Part shown: one piece after another, positions 24,873 to 36,501 of the stretch
Layout of the letters: every line of letters begins with the position of its first letter
How positions within the stretch are numbered: position 1 is the first letter of the stretch
From: Octopus bimaculoides
Taxonomy: Eukaryota
Assembly: GCF_001194135.2 (NCBI RefSeq)
Contig: NC_068983.1
Span: forward strand, 10,972,342-11,036,341
Length of the DNA stretch: 64,000 nt
Direction: 5' to 3'
Position numbers and translations under genes: made by a program
The notes under the pieces: generated by a model
The model's database searches: none
The model's input: the letters and a program-made list of their open reading frames with translations, nothing else
What the model was told of the DNA's origin: nothing

Positions 24873-25163
24873 GTGGAGGCGCAATGGCCCAGTGGTTAGG
24901 ATCGCGGTTTCGATTCCCAGACCGGGCGTTGTGTGTGTTTATTGAGCGAAAACACCTAAGCTCCACGAGGCTCCGGCAGGGGGTAGTGGCGACCCCTGAT
25001 GTACTCTTTCGCCCTAACTTTCTCTCACTTTTTATTCCTGTTTCTTGAGTAACGCTGCGATGGACTGGCGTCCCGTCCAGCTGGTGGGGGAGGGACCACA
25101 TACATAGAAACCGGGAAACCGGGCCCATGAGCCTGGCTAGGCTTTGAAAGGGCGACGTTTTTA
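24873..25163 (+). mobile_element. Complete SINE with family D head, alternative 3' module and 12-bp TSD
   Basis: TSD tctcctgctctt at 24861-24872 and 25164-25175. A box tggcccagtgg and B box gtttcgattccc. 3' module gctgcgatggactggcgtcccgtccag. Confidence 0.9.
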
Positions 25164-26071
25164 TCTCCTGCTCTTGCTCACGACATACAGACTGATTCCA
25201 ATTTGCGAATATTTTATATTATAAACATACTTAGAAATATATTTAAAATACATGGCAAGCGGCGTCTCTTGTCTTTTCACCCTGTCTCCGAGAAAATGAG
25301 AAATAAATAAACCAGTTGGCAATTTGGAATATTAAAAGATGGTGGGGGACGTGAAATTAAATCTGGAAACCAAAAAAAGAAAGCTACAAATGAACAGTTC
25401 AAGAGTAAATAAAAGAAAGTCAGTCACACACATCCATTGAAGATAGGCAATAGAAGAATATTTAAAAGAATTTTAATGACCCATGATATAAAAAAATGCC
25501 TACTTAGCAGTTTTTTGTTCAGACAGCTGCCCAAAAGCATCATAATGGAATTACTTCTTTATATATCAAACTGACAAGTAAAAGGCATTAACCATTCCCA
25601 TACTTAAAGACAGATGTGATTTAAACATTTGAGAACGTATTTAACAAAAATAAGCAATTCTCCCACCCTCACCCTCACTCTCCGGTCTAAAACTCTGACC
25701 TGTCTCATGATGGGCTTCTGCTCAGTTTCCCGCCTACATATTCCATTCGCAAAGCATTTGTTTGGTTGCCATGGTAGAAGACATTTTCCTAAGGTGCTAC
25801 CCTGTGGAATCGCACCTGGAACCACGTGGTTGTGAAGTAAATTTAACCACACAATGGAATTAACAGCGACCAGGTTGTAGATGTACGACGAAGCTGTTTC
25901 CTGCATTAAAGTTTACAATACTTTCACAAAATGAAACAAATGTGAACATAACGATATGTGTATGTTTAAAATGTCGTTCTGACTTTTCTATAACGCTAAA
26001 ATTAATACATTATATGAAAAGGAGGGGTTTCTTGTAGATGGCGTTTCATTGGTCATTCATATTGTTTATTG

Positions 26072-26240
26072 GGTAATTTCTCAGATTAACACCCGCACGA
26101 TCTTCACTAGGGTGTTAGGGTTAGGGTTAGTGTTTAGGGTTACGGTTAGGGACGGAATTCCCTAACCCTAACTCTGACCTTAAAACCCTAACCCTAACAC
26201 CCTAGTGAATATCGTGCGGGTGCTAATCTGAAAAATTACC
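26072..26240. mobile_element. Fold-back MITE with inverted TTAGGG core, GG termini and 8-bp TSD (Merlin-like)
   Basis: TSD gtttattg at 26064-71 and 26241-48. Arms ggtaatttctcagattaacacccgcacgatcttcactagggtgttagggttagggtt and its reverse complement. Confidence 0.85.
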
Positions 26241-26769
26241 GTTTATTGTGTGTTTCTGTATCTCACACACACACAAATACATGGAGAACGGGATGGATTC
26301 GTGGTCAAAATTATTAGTTTAACGCTCTGAGAAATGGAAGGAGTTAAAAAATAAGTAAATAAAAGAAACAAACAATCGACGAGATGATGCCTATACGAAT
26401 CCTGCCTACATAGACATTGTGATGGTCTTGTCTGGAATGAGAAGCTGTGCCTATAGCCTTCGCAAGACCTCATGGGCGGTGAAATGAACACGATTAAAGG
26501 GAAAATATGAGCTGGGAACGAATTCTAGAGGGGAAACGCTAGGCGTAGTGTTTTTAGGTAGAGCAGTAGGTAAACACAATATGGCTTACGGAAAGAGGAA
26601 AAACGAGTGGATTTGGTGGATTTGAAAGAAGCGGCAGGGGATCAACCAGCTTCGAAGAGCAGAGACCTCTATTCTTACCATACAAATGACAAAGGACATA
26701 GCACTTGTAGGTCAGAGGTTGAAGAGTGTGTGTGTGTTGGGGTTTCTTTTTAATGCTGTTCAGGAAGAC

Positions 26770-27600
26770 TGTTATGTGTAACAGCAGCATCGTCCCAGAT
26801 GGGATAGCAGTAAGTACTCCGTTGTGAATTCCACTTGGATTTTGTAGAAGCTTAATAGTTTGAGGGAAGACCTGTCTTTGCGGTATAACTTTTACTGTGG
26901 TCGACGTTATAATTCTCCATGAGAGGTCCTCGGTGATAGTTGTGGCCTAATATTTACAGCAATCTTGAGGCTTCCAGTTGGGAGTATTTCATGTTTAGAG
27001 AATGATACGATATTGTTTTCTTAGGTTTGAGCTCTTGAAGGGGACAAGATTTGCATGACTCCATTAATGAATGCTTTTTATGTCTCTGTTCAAAGAGTCG
27101 GTGCAAGTTTGGCGTTAGGTGTCTGGGGTTTCCTGTGGATGGTGCTTCGCTGTGGAACATCAGGGGCGAATAACAATCGGTATCACCTGCGTAGGAGTGG
27201 ACATTATTGGAAGTGGATACCAATACACAAATACACCGGGCGATCTTACGGTACGAGTCCTAAGTATCGACCTTTTCCGTAAAAAGTGTCTTCGGCGATC
27301 TTTACCAAAGATCGGCTTTTCCGTAAAAAGTGTTGGAGAGAAACAGGGAAACGACGTCATAAAAGCGAAAGACATACAGAGAGCGCGATTTATTTTGAAG
27401 GGTTTAGGGTTAGGGAACTCCATCCCTAACCGTAACCCTAACACCGTAGTAAAGATCGTGCGGGTGTTACGGAAAAGGCCGATCTTTGGTAAAGATCGCC
27501 GAAGACACTTTTTACGGAAAAGGCCGATATTTAGGACTCGTACCGTAAGATCGCCGAATTCACCGTCAACATTGCTGATGAAGACATTGTGTTTCATTTG
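26770..27600 (-). pseudogene. CR1/Jockey-type LINE reverse transcriptase relic, split by the 27238-27556 MITE
   Basis: Frames give VFISNVD | LVSTSNNVHSYAGDTD (FINDL...YADD-like), TITEDLSW, and LLSFYKIQVEFTTEY (LYKAQVRPxLEY-like). Confidence 0.72.
27238..27556. mobile_element. MITE with ~90-bp TIRs and a TTAGGG/CCCTAA core (Merlin-like)
   Basis: ggcgatcttacggtacgagtcctaagtatcgaccttttccgtaaaaagtgtcttcggcgatctttaccaaagatcgg at the left and its reverse complement at the right. Imperfect 8-bp TSD aatacacc/aattcacc. Confidence 0.85.
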
Positions 27601-28118
27601 AATGTATTACATATAAAGAATATAAGGCGTGGATGACAAATCGTTGGAGTACCGGATTAAAATGACGGTGTTTAGTTGATTCTGAGATCAAATCTCAACG
27701 TGGATGACTGGTTTTTATACTTTCAGATTTGATCAAATATACCTACCAACGGTGTGGTGTATTGTTTATTTAGTCAAATGTACTCGTTTTGCTTCTATGA
27801 TTATATATTAATAAATCTAGGCTCAATCGTTTTAAGAGAGTATCTTTCAGAGTGTGATTCGTTAAAGTAATGAATCTAGTGTCACTTCCGAGAGCCAGTG
27901 GCACCAGTGTCATTCGCGCCAAGTCATCGTTGGCGTGGATGGCATATTGACTTGTGATTTCTAAATTTGATAGCTTTTTATTGTAAAATCTACTTTGATC
28001 AACAGAATAGTGTGTGTATGGCGCGCGCACACACACACACACACACGTTTAATTCTTAGTGTTCTTTGCAATCCCCCAGCTGAGCGCCAGTCATGATGCA
28101 GTCGGCCGTGTACCATCC

Positions 28119-28326
28119 ATGCGGGGTAACCGACATAGGAAATTCCTTACCACGCGCTTCTGCCGCTGCAGCTGGCGTTATGTGATCATGGCCTTAATAC
28201 TTTTGTTGTTGGTTTTTGGAAATATTTCCGATAATGTACTGGAGGTAGCTCGTATGGAAGTGATTCAAGGACTAGACCACCTTAGATTCGCAACTAGAGA
28301 AGAGGAGATTGATACAGGCTGCTGGG
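28119..28326 (+). CDS. Candidate first coding exon of a type II membrane-like protein: MRGNRHRKFLTTRFCRCSWRYVIMALILLLLVFGNISDNVLEVARMEVIQGLDHLRFATREEEIDTGCW
   Basis: Open frame from 28059, basic N-terminus followed by one hydrophobic stretch, donor tgg|gtatac. All minus frames are closed. No homology recognised. Confidence 0.33.
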
Positions 28327-28330
28327 TATA

Positions 28331-28539
28331 CAGTAATCCCTCGCCACATCGCGGTTTATTATGTAAGCTTACGTCGATTCCTCCGTGGTGTTGTTTTGCA
28401 TTTACAATAAAATAAATAGATACAAATTATAAAAATAAATTTAAAAATATACAGTGCAGTACTGTTTCTACTTCGCGGATTTTCACTTATCGCGTGTGGG
28501 TGGTTTGGAACAACACCCGCGATAGTCGAGGGATTACTG
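28331..28539. mobile_element. pogo/Tigger-type (Tc1/mariner superfamily) MITE
   Basis: TA|cagtaatccctcg ... cgagggattactg|TA: TIRs with a TA target duplication. Confidence 0.88.
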
Positions 28540-29004
28540 TACAGTATCTTTTGGAGAAGGACGAAGACTCTTGTTCTCAAAGACTGCACAGAAGTCTTCT
28601 AAAAGCGGCCAGTGCCTGTTTAATAAGTCCCAGAGTGCTGTTGTTAATGCTGCTGTCCTAGTTCGAATCATGTCGAGGTCAGCTTAGCTTTTTATTCTTC
28701 TGGGGTCAATAAAGTACCCAAGTCTCAGGCGGTGGACTTGCGGAAACGTTACGGCGTCGGACGGATGTCTGCCTTATCACGCCAGGACTTTTTTGAATGA
28801 TCGACTTAATCTGTTGCTTCGTTTAATGCTACCACCTGGCACCTTAAGTGCCTTTTAGCAGAGTCCACTCTGTTGCAAACGGTCGGGCTGTCTCCGGTTT
28901 CAGGACAACTCTTTTCCTCTATCTTTTAGATCTAGAAAAGACCGTAGGTACTGTCTTCCTCTCTTGATTAAAAGAGAAAAAGTAACCATTTACGTATTAT
29001 ATAC

Positions 29005-29545
29005 ACTGTCGATGGTCAGTTACTGCAGTATTTGTTGTGAGATAACATCTCATGGACTTATGTTAAAAACACAATAGGGAGAGAGAGAGAGACGAAAGTT
29101 CGTTCCAGCAGCGACCTGCGAGAGCATTAGGTGCATTTCGGCCATTTTCAATGGTCAAATGCAATTTCGTTAGCTGCATTTCGACCTTTTCAGTGGTACA
29201 TATACGCAACCAGCCACATGATGGGACGACCAGTCGTTGTCTTTGATTTTGGAAAAAGTGAATAAAACATTGACTGATGTTGCGAATAATCGCCTGGCTT
29301 ACTAAAAATCCAGTATGTGCACTTAAAGCAGATTTAAATTAAAATAGCCATCTATGTATCATACTTAATGCATAAATATTGTCCATGGGCCAGTTACTAC
29401 AACAGTATTTGTTTAAGGTAGCATTTCTTATGGATTTGCTGTGTTAAAAACACAATAACTATCAGAGACGAAAATTTGCCCCAGCAATGGCCAGCGCCTG
29501 ATGCATTTCGGTCTTAAATTTAAAAGAGAATGTTCAGATATTTGG
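29005..29545 (-). repeat. Two degenerate ~140-bp direct repeats about 373 bp apart (29005-29150, 29378-29515), possible pLTR relics
   Basis: Shared cagttact..cagtatttgtt..atgg..tgttaaaaacacaata..gagacgaaa..ccagca..tgcatttcgg. A related piece lies at about 45200-45260. Confidence 0.6.
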
Positions 29546-30150
29546 AAAAGATGGCACTATTGCTCATCACCAATAGTATGCTAGTATACCACTGACATGG
29601 AACTTCTGCCGAACGAATCACTTGGTGACAGCTGAGCGGTGATAAAATTTATGAATAGGAAATGGAAGTGACAACTTGAAGGTAGCAGAAGGAAGCTAGG
29701 TAACATGCAAACGTGGTTGCCAGCGCCGTTACTTATCCACTCACCAATATAGCTTGTGGATCCAGAACTGGATTGGTCAGCCATCAAAACTTCACTATTA
29801 ATGAAGTGAATATCATCGGATTTCGGTAGACAACCAGAGTGAAAGAATATGTGCACTTTATGTGTCTGTATGCACCGAGCTATATATGTGTGTGTGTGTG
29901 TGTTTGTGCATTTAATGTGTCTATGTATGCATTTAGTATTTATTAAATGCATTTAAAACAGCAGTTCGGCAAAAGGAGACGGATAGAATTAGTGCTAGGC
30001 TTACAAAGAATAAGTCGCACGGTAAAATTGTTCGACTAAAGATGTTCCAGCATGACCGCAGTCAAATGAGTGAAAGAAGTAAAAGAAAATAAAAGTATAC
30101 ACATTTATATATGTATATATATATATATATGTGTGTGTGTGCATTGTGTG

Positions 30151-30214
<64 letters not shown>

Positions 30215-30389
30215 NNNNNNNNNNNNNNNNNNNNNNNNNNNNNNNNNNNNNNNNNNNNNNNNNNNNNNNNNNNNNNNNNNNNNNNNNNNNNNNNNNNNNN
30301 NNNNNNNNNNNNNNNNNNNNNNNNNNNNNNNNNNNNNNNNNNNNNNNNNNNNNNNNNNNNNNNNNNNNNNNNNNNNNNNNNNNNNNNNN

Positions 30390-30429
<40 letters not shown>

Positions 30430-30431
<2 letters not shown>

Positions 30432-30560
30432 TTTAGTGTATGTATGTGTGTATGCATTGTATGGGTATATATATACATTTAGTGTATGTGTGTATGCATT
30501 GTGTGGATATATACATTTAGTGTATGTATCTGTATGCATTGNNNNNNNNNNCATTTAGTG
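30430..30560. repeat. ~40-bp minisatellite (catttagtgtatgt..gtatgcattg)
   Basis: Three or more units read directly, next to gaps. Confidence 0.75.
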
Positions 30561-30562
30561 TG

Positions 30563-30597
<35 letters not shown>

Positions 30598-31240
30598 AGT
30601 TACTGTGTCTGTATATATGCATTTCGTGAGTGAGTGAGTGTGTGTTTTCAATAACTCCGAAAACGCTAATTACCGTGTTTACTACAATGTGATTCTAAAA
30701 AGCGCACACCTCGAAGTTAAAACTTCGTTGGCGTTTGTTTATAACTACAACTATTAAAAAAAGTTAGAAGTACTTCTACTGACTCTTAATAAGTTTAAGC
30801 ATCCGACAAACTAAAGTTTACCACCACTGCTACTACCATCAGACATAACACTACGACTTCTACTACTACCACTACTACAAGTTAGTAAGTAGCAGGAGGT
30901 AGCTGTGGTGATGGTGGCAGTAGCAATAGTATTTCTAGCGGTAGGAGAAGCGCTCTAGGCCAGTCTATCAGTTGTAGGAACTGTGCGATAGTTACTAACT
31001 ACTATTACTACACTAATAGTGACGCAGTGCTTGTGGCCATCGCCTCGAGAACTATTATTGCTGATATTACTGCTGTTAAAATCAACAACAGTACTACTGG
31101 TATTGTCGTCACAGTCCGGTCTGCTACTGACTCTTTTTCTCTCACTACTATAGCGACTTCGATTGTTGATCTATCCTTAAGCGACCTTACTACCACAACA
31201 ACTATTATTACACTTTTTCCAGTGCTGTCACTTTCATAAG

Positions 31241-31948
31241 TACCGGTGACTGTGCAGTGGAGTACCCGTCTAGCAACTCACCAGTTCCCTTCGCCGTTTT
31301 ACCCCGTCGTTATCACCCTGTCGGTTTTACCTTGTCTGTATCCGGCTGCTCCTCCACTTCAACCTCATCGTTCTTCGTCTCCTCACCACGCTACCACAAT
31401 TCCGACCAACTGTGGTAAAAACTTTGCAAGTGGTAGAGACAGTAATAACACCAGATCGTCCTCAGATAATAGTGTCGTCGCTGGTACGACTACGACACAA
31501 GTGCCTCGCCTCTGGAGACCGGCTTTCTGGAGCGTTGACTCGGAGAAGGGTGATGTCAGATCCATAAAAGCCGACGTCTCACTGCCGCAGCATACAACAA
31601 TAACAACACCATCAATATCTTCATCGTTCACACCACCTCATTCTATATCACCATTTGTGGCTATAGCAACCACGCCGGTTAAACAACCCTTATTTACCTT
31701 TCTACCACCGCCACCGCTACCGCCTTTATCATCGATATCTTCGCCGTCGACATCGTTGTTGTCATCTTTTTCTGATCGAATCGGCACGGTGACATGTCCG
31801 GCACGCTGGTGTTGTCGTTCGCTGTGTCCACCTGATAAGGAGGTGACTGGCTTGTGTTTAACCAACAGCGCCAGTACTTCTCATGCAATGTCGGATACCT
31901 GTGACTTGGTCGCTTCTTCTGACGCTTGGTCGTCTTGGCACCGTAGAG
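31241..31948 (+). CDS. Large Ser/Thr/Pro-rich candidate exon (236 codons) of an unidentified gene
   Basis: Longest gap-free ORF in the window. Acceptor cactttcataag at 31240 and donor gag|gtaggt at 31949 give a 708-nt phase 1-1 exon. CpG-rich, and CpG depletion begins about 1.7 kb downstream. The same frame is also open at 30889-31236. First ATG is at 31888. Confidence 0.5.
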
Positions 31949-32524
31949 GTAGGTAAATTACCCGTCGTCTGAAAACCTTTTCGTTCATATCTAACCGCTT
32001 AAATTATTGATGTTATTACATGTCTATTCATAAACTGTTATTTGTATACAAATCGTGTGCTGTGAAGTTGAAGATGTTATCATTTCAAGTAGGACTGTCC
32101 AATTATGGTCTCTGCCAAAACCCTTGCACTTTTCTTAGGGCTCTTGTACTTTGAACTTTCTTTTTCTTTTTGCCTACGCATTCTCCTATAAAGCACCATG
32201 AATTCTAGTATTTCGATAACACATACTCACATGTACGCACCTCTACACATCGAAATTTATATAACTGACAGACCGCTAAACACCATCTATGGTCTGTCAC
32301 ATTACACACACATTGTCATACCGCAGTAAATGTCACACATTTGTACACAGTGATTCATACGCGCAATATCGGTTTGTAAATCTTTCGTGCACAGACATTG
32401 GCCTACTAATCACTTGCATTGACCAAACCACAGATGAAGAGGTACGTACACATACTAACATTGAGATTCTTGACCGATTTCAAAATCGAAACTCTTTAAA
32501 TTCATGAACTAAAAACAAGGGTGT

Positions 32525-32970
32525 CAACCAGTGACTTTCTCTTCGGTTGCTCGACCTGGTAGCAATAGAAGCTAAATCACTCGCAAATCACACCTTACCG
32601 CTTTAAAAAATAAGAATACACATTGATCAACATAGTCCATGGTATACTGTCTGACAGAAACAGGGTTGGTCACGGCCAGAACGCCTCCGATTATAGGCCT
32701 GCCTAATAAAAAGTTGACCTGGAGCTCAACAATACACTTCATCTTACTCGACAACTTTACACAACACGAGCCAATGAGGAAATCTCTCCGCAATCGCTCG
32801 ACCTGCTAAAAATAGCCGAATATATCCCCAAATCATACCCTTCTGTTCTTAGAAATTAGAAAAGAAAGGTAGACTATATTTGATAAAACAGTCTTAAATA
32901 CACTGTTTGAAAGTTACGGGATGGTCACGGCCGGAAACTCCTTTGCATTGTCAGGACTGACAAGGAGATA
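32525..32970 (+). mobile_element. Two tandem copies of repeat family E (SINE-like)
   Basis: ctcgacctg.ta..aatag..g..aaatcacacc...gg.tggtcacggcc.gaa occurs twice. Relatives at about 51770-51965, 54443-54625 (minus), 60625-60800 and 63290-63670. Confidence 0.65.
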
Positions 32971-33182
32971 AACAACGACCGGATGCACACTGACTTGCTA
33001 ACTCGTAAAATTAAAACACAGAAAGTGCAGGCATTCCACACACACACACACACACACGAATGGGTTTATAGCGAAACTACTATGTCTCTGAAAGTTAACT
33101 TTAAGACTTTTTTACCGAGATCTATTTTACTTTCTTATCGTTTGTCGCTGTCAAATGCGAGTATTAGTATCGCTCATCCGTC

Positions 33183-33214
<32 letters not shown>

Positions 33215-33612
33215 ATAATCCTGCGTGTTTTGTTAATTTCCTCCTATATTCGCGCGTGCGTTTGTTTATGCTTGTGCTTGTGTCGTGTCTACGTGTGCGC
33301 GCGGGCGCGTTTGTTTATGCGTGTGTTGATGTCTAGATGAAAGCACGTACGTTAACTTAATTACACGTTTTGGTATGCATTAATCACATTGGTTTCACGT
33401 GTAATGCATGTCTTTAACCGCTCTCGACTCTAATGTACATATTATTACGCTTACTTTTCGCCTGCATTTAACACTTTTCCCATACTGATTATTTAGATTA
33501 AATTCAAGTTAGTTACTGATATTGCACTGTTCCCCACCGCCACTATTAAACTTTTCCCCACACTGCGTTAAGTGTAATGGCTGTGACTTGACTATGATTT
33601 TTTTTTCACGAG

Positions 33613-33631
33613 GATGGAATGGCGTCCCTGA
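33613..33631 (+). CDS. Candidate 19-nt micro-exon (G-WNGVP-E)
   Basis: Acceptor tttttttcacgag, donor ga|gtaatt. Phases 1 to 2 link the 31241-31948 exon to 35851-35899. Confidence 0.25.
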
Positions 33632-34447
33632 GTAATTTCTTTCTTGGGGGTATGTATGTATAGCGGTTTATCAGTACGTGTGAGAATATGCTTCTGTGCG
33701 CGCGCGCCTGTTTCATTTGCACACACATGCATTATGTCAGACTGTCTACCTGTGAGTTTAGGATTTGGGTGAGTATTTGAGGGGGAAAAGATTACATATG
33801 CATACTCACTGTAGTGGTTTACTGGGAAGAGGAATTTTCCCTAGGCTGAACTCCAACCAGTAACAAATGTACCTGTGGTGCATTTTCAGCCAGAGATTTC
33901 ACTGTTGTCTAGTGATTTGAGTTTGAGTGAATTCTCAAGAGGTGAATACTTCAGTTGTTAGTTGCAGAATACTAACTAAAAAAAAAAAAAAAAAAAAGTT
34001 GTGCAAGTCTTTTTTTTTTTCTGTTCCTCTTGCAGCATAAGTTCATTAATTTATGATTTTTGTCTGCTGAGGATAATGTCAATTAAACTGGCATCAGTAT
34101 ATGACTGGTACTCAAAACACTGGAGGGACAAAAGATTATGCTGACACCAGCAGGATTTGAACTCTGGCATAAATAAATATTGCGAGGTACTTTTGGAATC
34201 CAACATTACCATTTCTATTATTCCTCATTTGAGTCAACAAGAAAGCCTGTATGAAGTTACTGAACCTACTAGAACTAGCAAATCTCCATCAAATAAACCC
34301 TAACATCTTAATCCAAAGCATTTTCATAAGTCTGTCCTAAATGTCCATGCTCATTTTCAGAGTTTTAATGAGCCCTTGTTACATAGCTACTGATAAGACT
34401 TTCCTTTCATAAGCCCAAGTTATTCTAATGGTTGAAAAAAATTGGGC

Positions 34448-34665
34448 ATCATCATCATCATCGTTTAACGTCTGTTTTCCATGCTAGCATGGGTTGGACG
34501 ATTTGACTGAGGACTGGCGAACCGGATGGCTGCACCAGGCTCCAATCTGATCTGGCAGAGTTTCTACAGCTGGATGCCCTTCCTAATGCCAACTACTCCG
34601 AGAGTGTAGTGGGTGCTTTTTACGTGTCACTGGCACGAGGGCCAGTCACAAGGTACTGGCAACGA
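34448..34665 (-). mobile_element. SINE family B copy
   Basis: catcatcatcgtttaacgtctgttttccatgctagcatgggttggacg...ggatgcccttcctaatgcc. Confidence 0.88.
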
Positions 34666-34746
34666 ATGTGTAGCATATATGATACATGGACACTAGGGAA
34701 TACACAGGCAAAAGGGTAAAAAACAAAGGATTTGATTGGCTGAGAT

Positions 34747-34827
34747 CAGTTGTTCCCAGCCTTCTCGCTACCAAGGATTCCTTTTAATATGCTTATCCTT
34801 ATATATGTATGTGTGTGTGTGTGCGTG

Positions 34828-34859
<32 letters not shown>

Positions 34860-34936
34860 TGAATTTAGTTCATGGACCCCCAGTACTACCTTTGCAGACC
34901 ATCAGGGATCCATGGACCACAGGTTGGGAACCACTG
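34747..34936. mobile_element. hAT-like MITE (old)
   Basis: Imperfect TIRs cagttgttcccagcct / aggttgggaaccactg. No intact TSD. Confidence 0.5.
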
Positions 34937-35850
34937 CCCTAGACTCTGATGTACAAAAAGTCATATGATCACAACTGAAACCACTCAGGTATAACTTGGG
35001 GCTAAGAAATAACATCAATGTTATCAAAAGTAAGGACCAGTTGAGTGTTAGAAAAGAGCTGCATCTACCTAAATCCCAAGGAATAATTAATTTTGTCTCT
35101 CTATATTCCAAGTTTGGTAATGTAAATATCACTTGTGTATTGGCTTCAAAAGCAAGCCTGCGTCGTGGTGCAAAAATTTGAAATAATTATTAGAAACAAT
35201 AACAGCTCATGTTCAGATTGTTAGATTATTATGTTTTCTCTTGCAAGCATCTATTGAAATTGGTTTACAACCAACATTTTGCCATTTGTTTTTGTCATCT
35301 CTTCTGTAAGTTACAGCATCTTGATATCTATGTAAGCAAAAGATTCTGTAAGCTGTTGTATATTTTACAATTAAACAGACAATTTAAAAGGAACAGTCTA
35401 AGAAAAATTTTTGATATGACATGTATAAAGTGCCATTTATTACTTTTTACTCACATTCTGAGATTTTTATATTACAAAGATGACTAAACAGTCTGCATGT
35501 TATGTTCAGGCCTCTTGTTCAGAAAATTTAATCTAAAAATGATCTTTAGATATTAGGATAAACAAAATAGATTCAAATATCAGCTAAGGAGTTATCATTT
35601 TTCTCTCACCAAACTTCTGAAGTAAAACTGAAAGGCTGGAATTTACTCACAGACCATAATATGGGGCAAGACAAAAGCAAATAACTCCCCTTACACCCTC
35701 TTGGCAGTAGATGCTGATTTGGTGTCCAGTGTTCAATTTCTGAATAATTGATGTTTTATAGAATGGGTTTGTCATATAAATCATTCATATTTTAACTTTA
35801 TCATAAACCTTGTTACGTAAAATTTTGAGACACCTAAATTTTGTATACAG

Positions 35851-35899
35851 GAGGACACTGCAGCTTGACGGTAAATTTCTCCACTCCTATCATACGAAT
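35851..35899 (+). CDS. Candidate exon RTLQLDGKFLHSYHTN
   Basis: Acceptor ttttgtatacag, strong donor aat|gtgagt, CpGs retained in a CpG-poor block. Confidence 0.35.
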
Positions 35900-36373
35900 G
35901 TGAGTGGATTTATTTGAAGTTTTATTGCAACACCTGCTCTGTACGAGGCATGAAATTATTGTAATCTGCAAGTTTGAAAACAAAACCTACCCAACTATTG
36001 ACCTTTTTTGTAAAAACTATTAAGTTTCCTTTTCTTTTCTTTCTCGTGTTTGAATAGCTTCTAATTTATCTTCCGCATTACGATCATGTTGCTCTCTGTT
36101 GATTCTTAGAAAAAACTTAATTTTATGAATAAATGAAAAAACTGTTTAACCCTAGGAAAAAGTGTCATTATAAGCTAATGATAAATGATTATTATGTAAA
36201 ATTCTTCTTGAAAATTAGTATTTACGTTATTTTATTTTATTTTTTTTGTGAACTAGACATATCGTATTTGACATAAGACACAGCCACGTTCAACAGCACA
36301 TATTTTGGGAAAAGAACTCTACAAACAAAATTAGCTTATGAGAGGTGCAATTTTGCATATAGGACCTAGAATG

Positions 36374-36501
36374 ATTCTTCTGAAATAAAGTGCATCTTTT
36401 ATGTCATCAAATATGGTTGCTCCACTCCCTGGTTCCATTCCCCTTTGTAAAACCATTACTCTAAATTATCAATACTGTTCAAAAAGGCATGTATTTCGCA
36501 A
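36374..36501. repeat. 128-bp direct duplication, copy 1 (copy 2 at 37286-37413)
   Basis: attcttctgaaataaagtgc...gtatttcgcaa; three differences seen by eye. Confidence 0.92.

Noticed and set aside
24873-24930. tRNA-like heads (also 12420-12480, 62560-62620, 63750-63810)
   Set aside because: They are SINE heads continuous with repeat bodies; no intact cloverleaf.
26110-26200. TTAGGG tracts as telomere or fusion scars (also 27400, 47770, 52575)
   Set aside because: They are short, degenerate and enclosed by TIRs, with TSDs where both ends are present, so they are transposon cargo.
33624-33637. 14-nt match gtccctgagtaatt with about 56217-56230
   Set aside because: Flanks are unrelated, so no evidence of paralogy.
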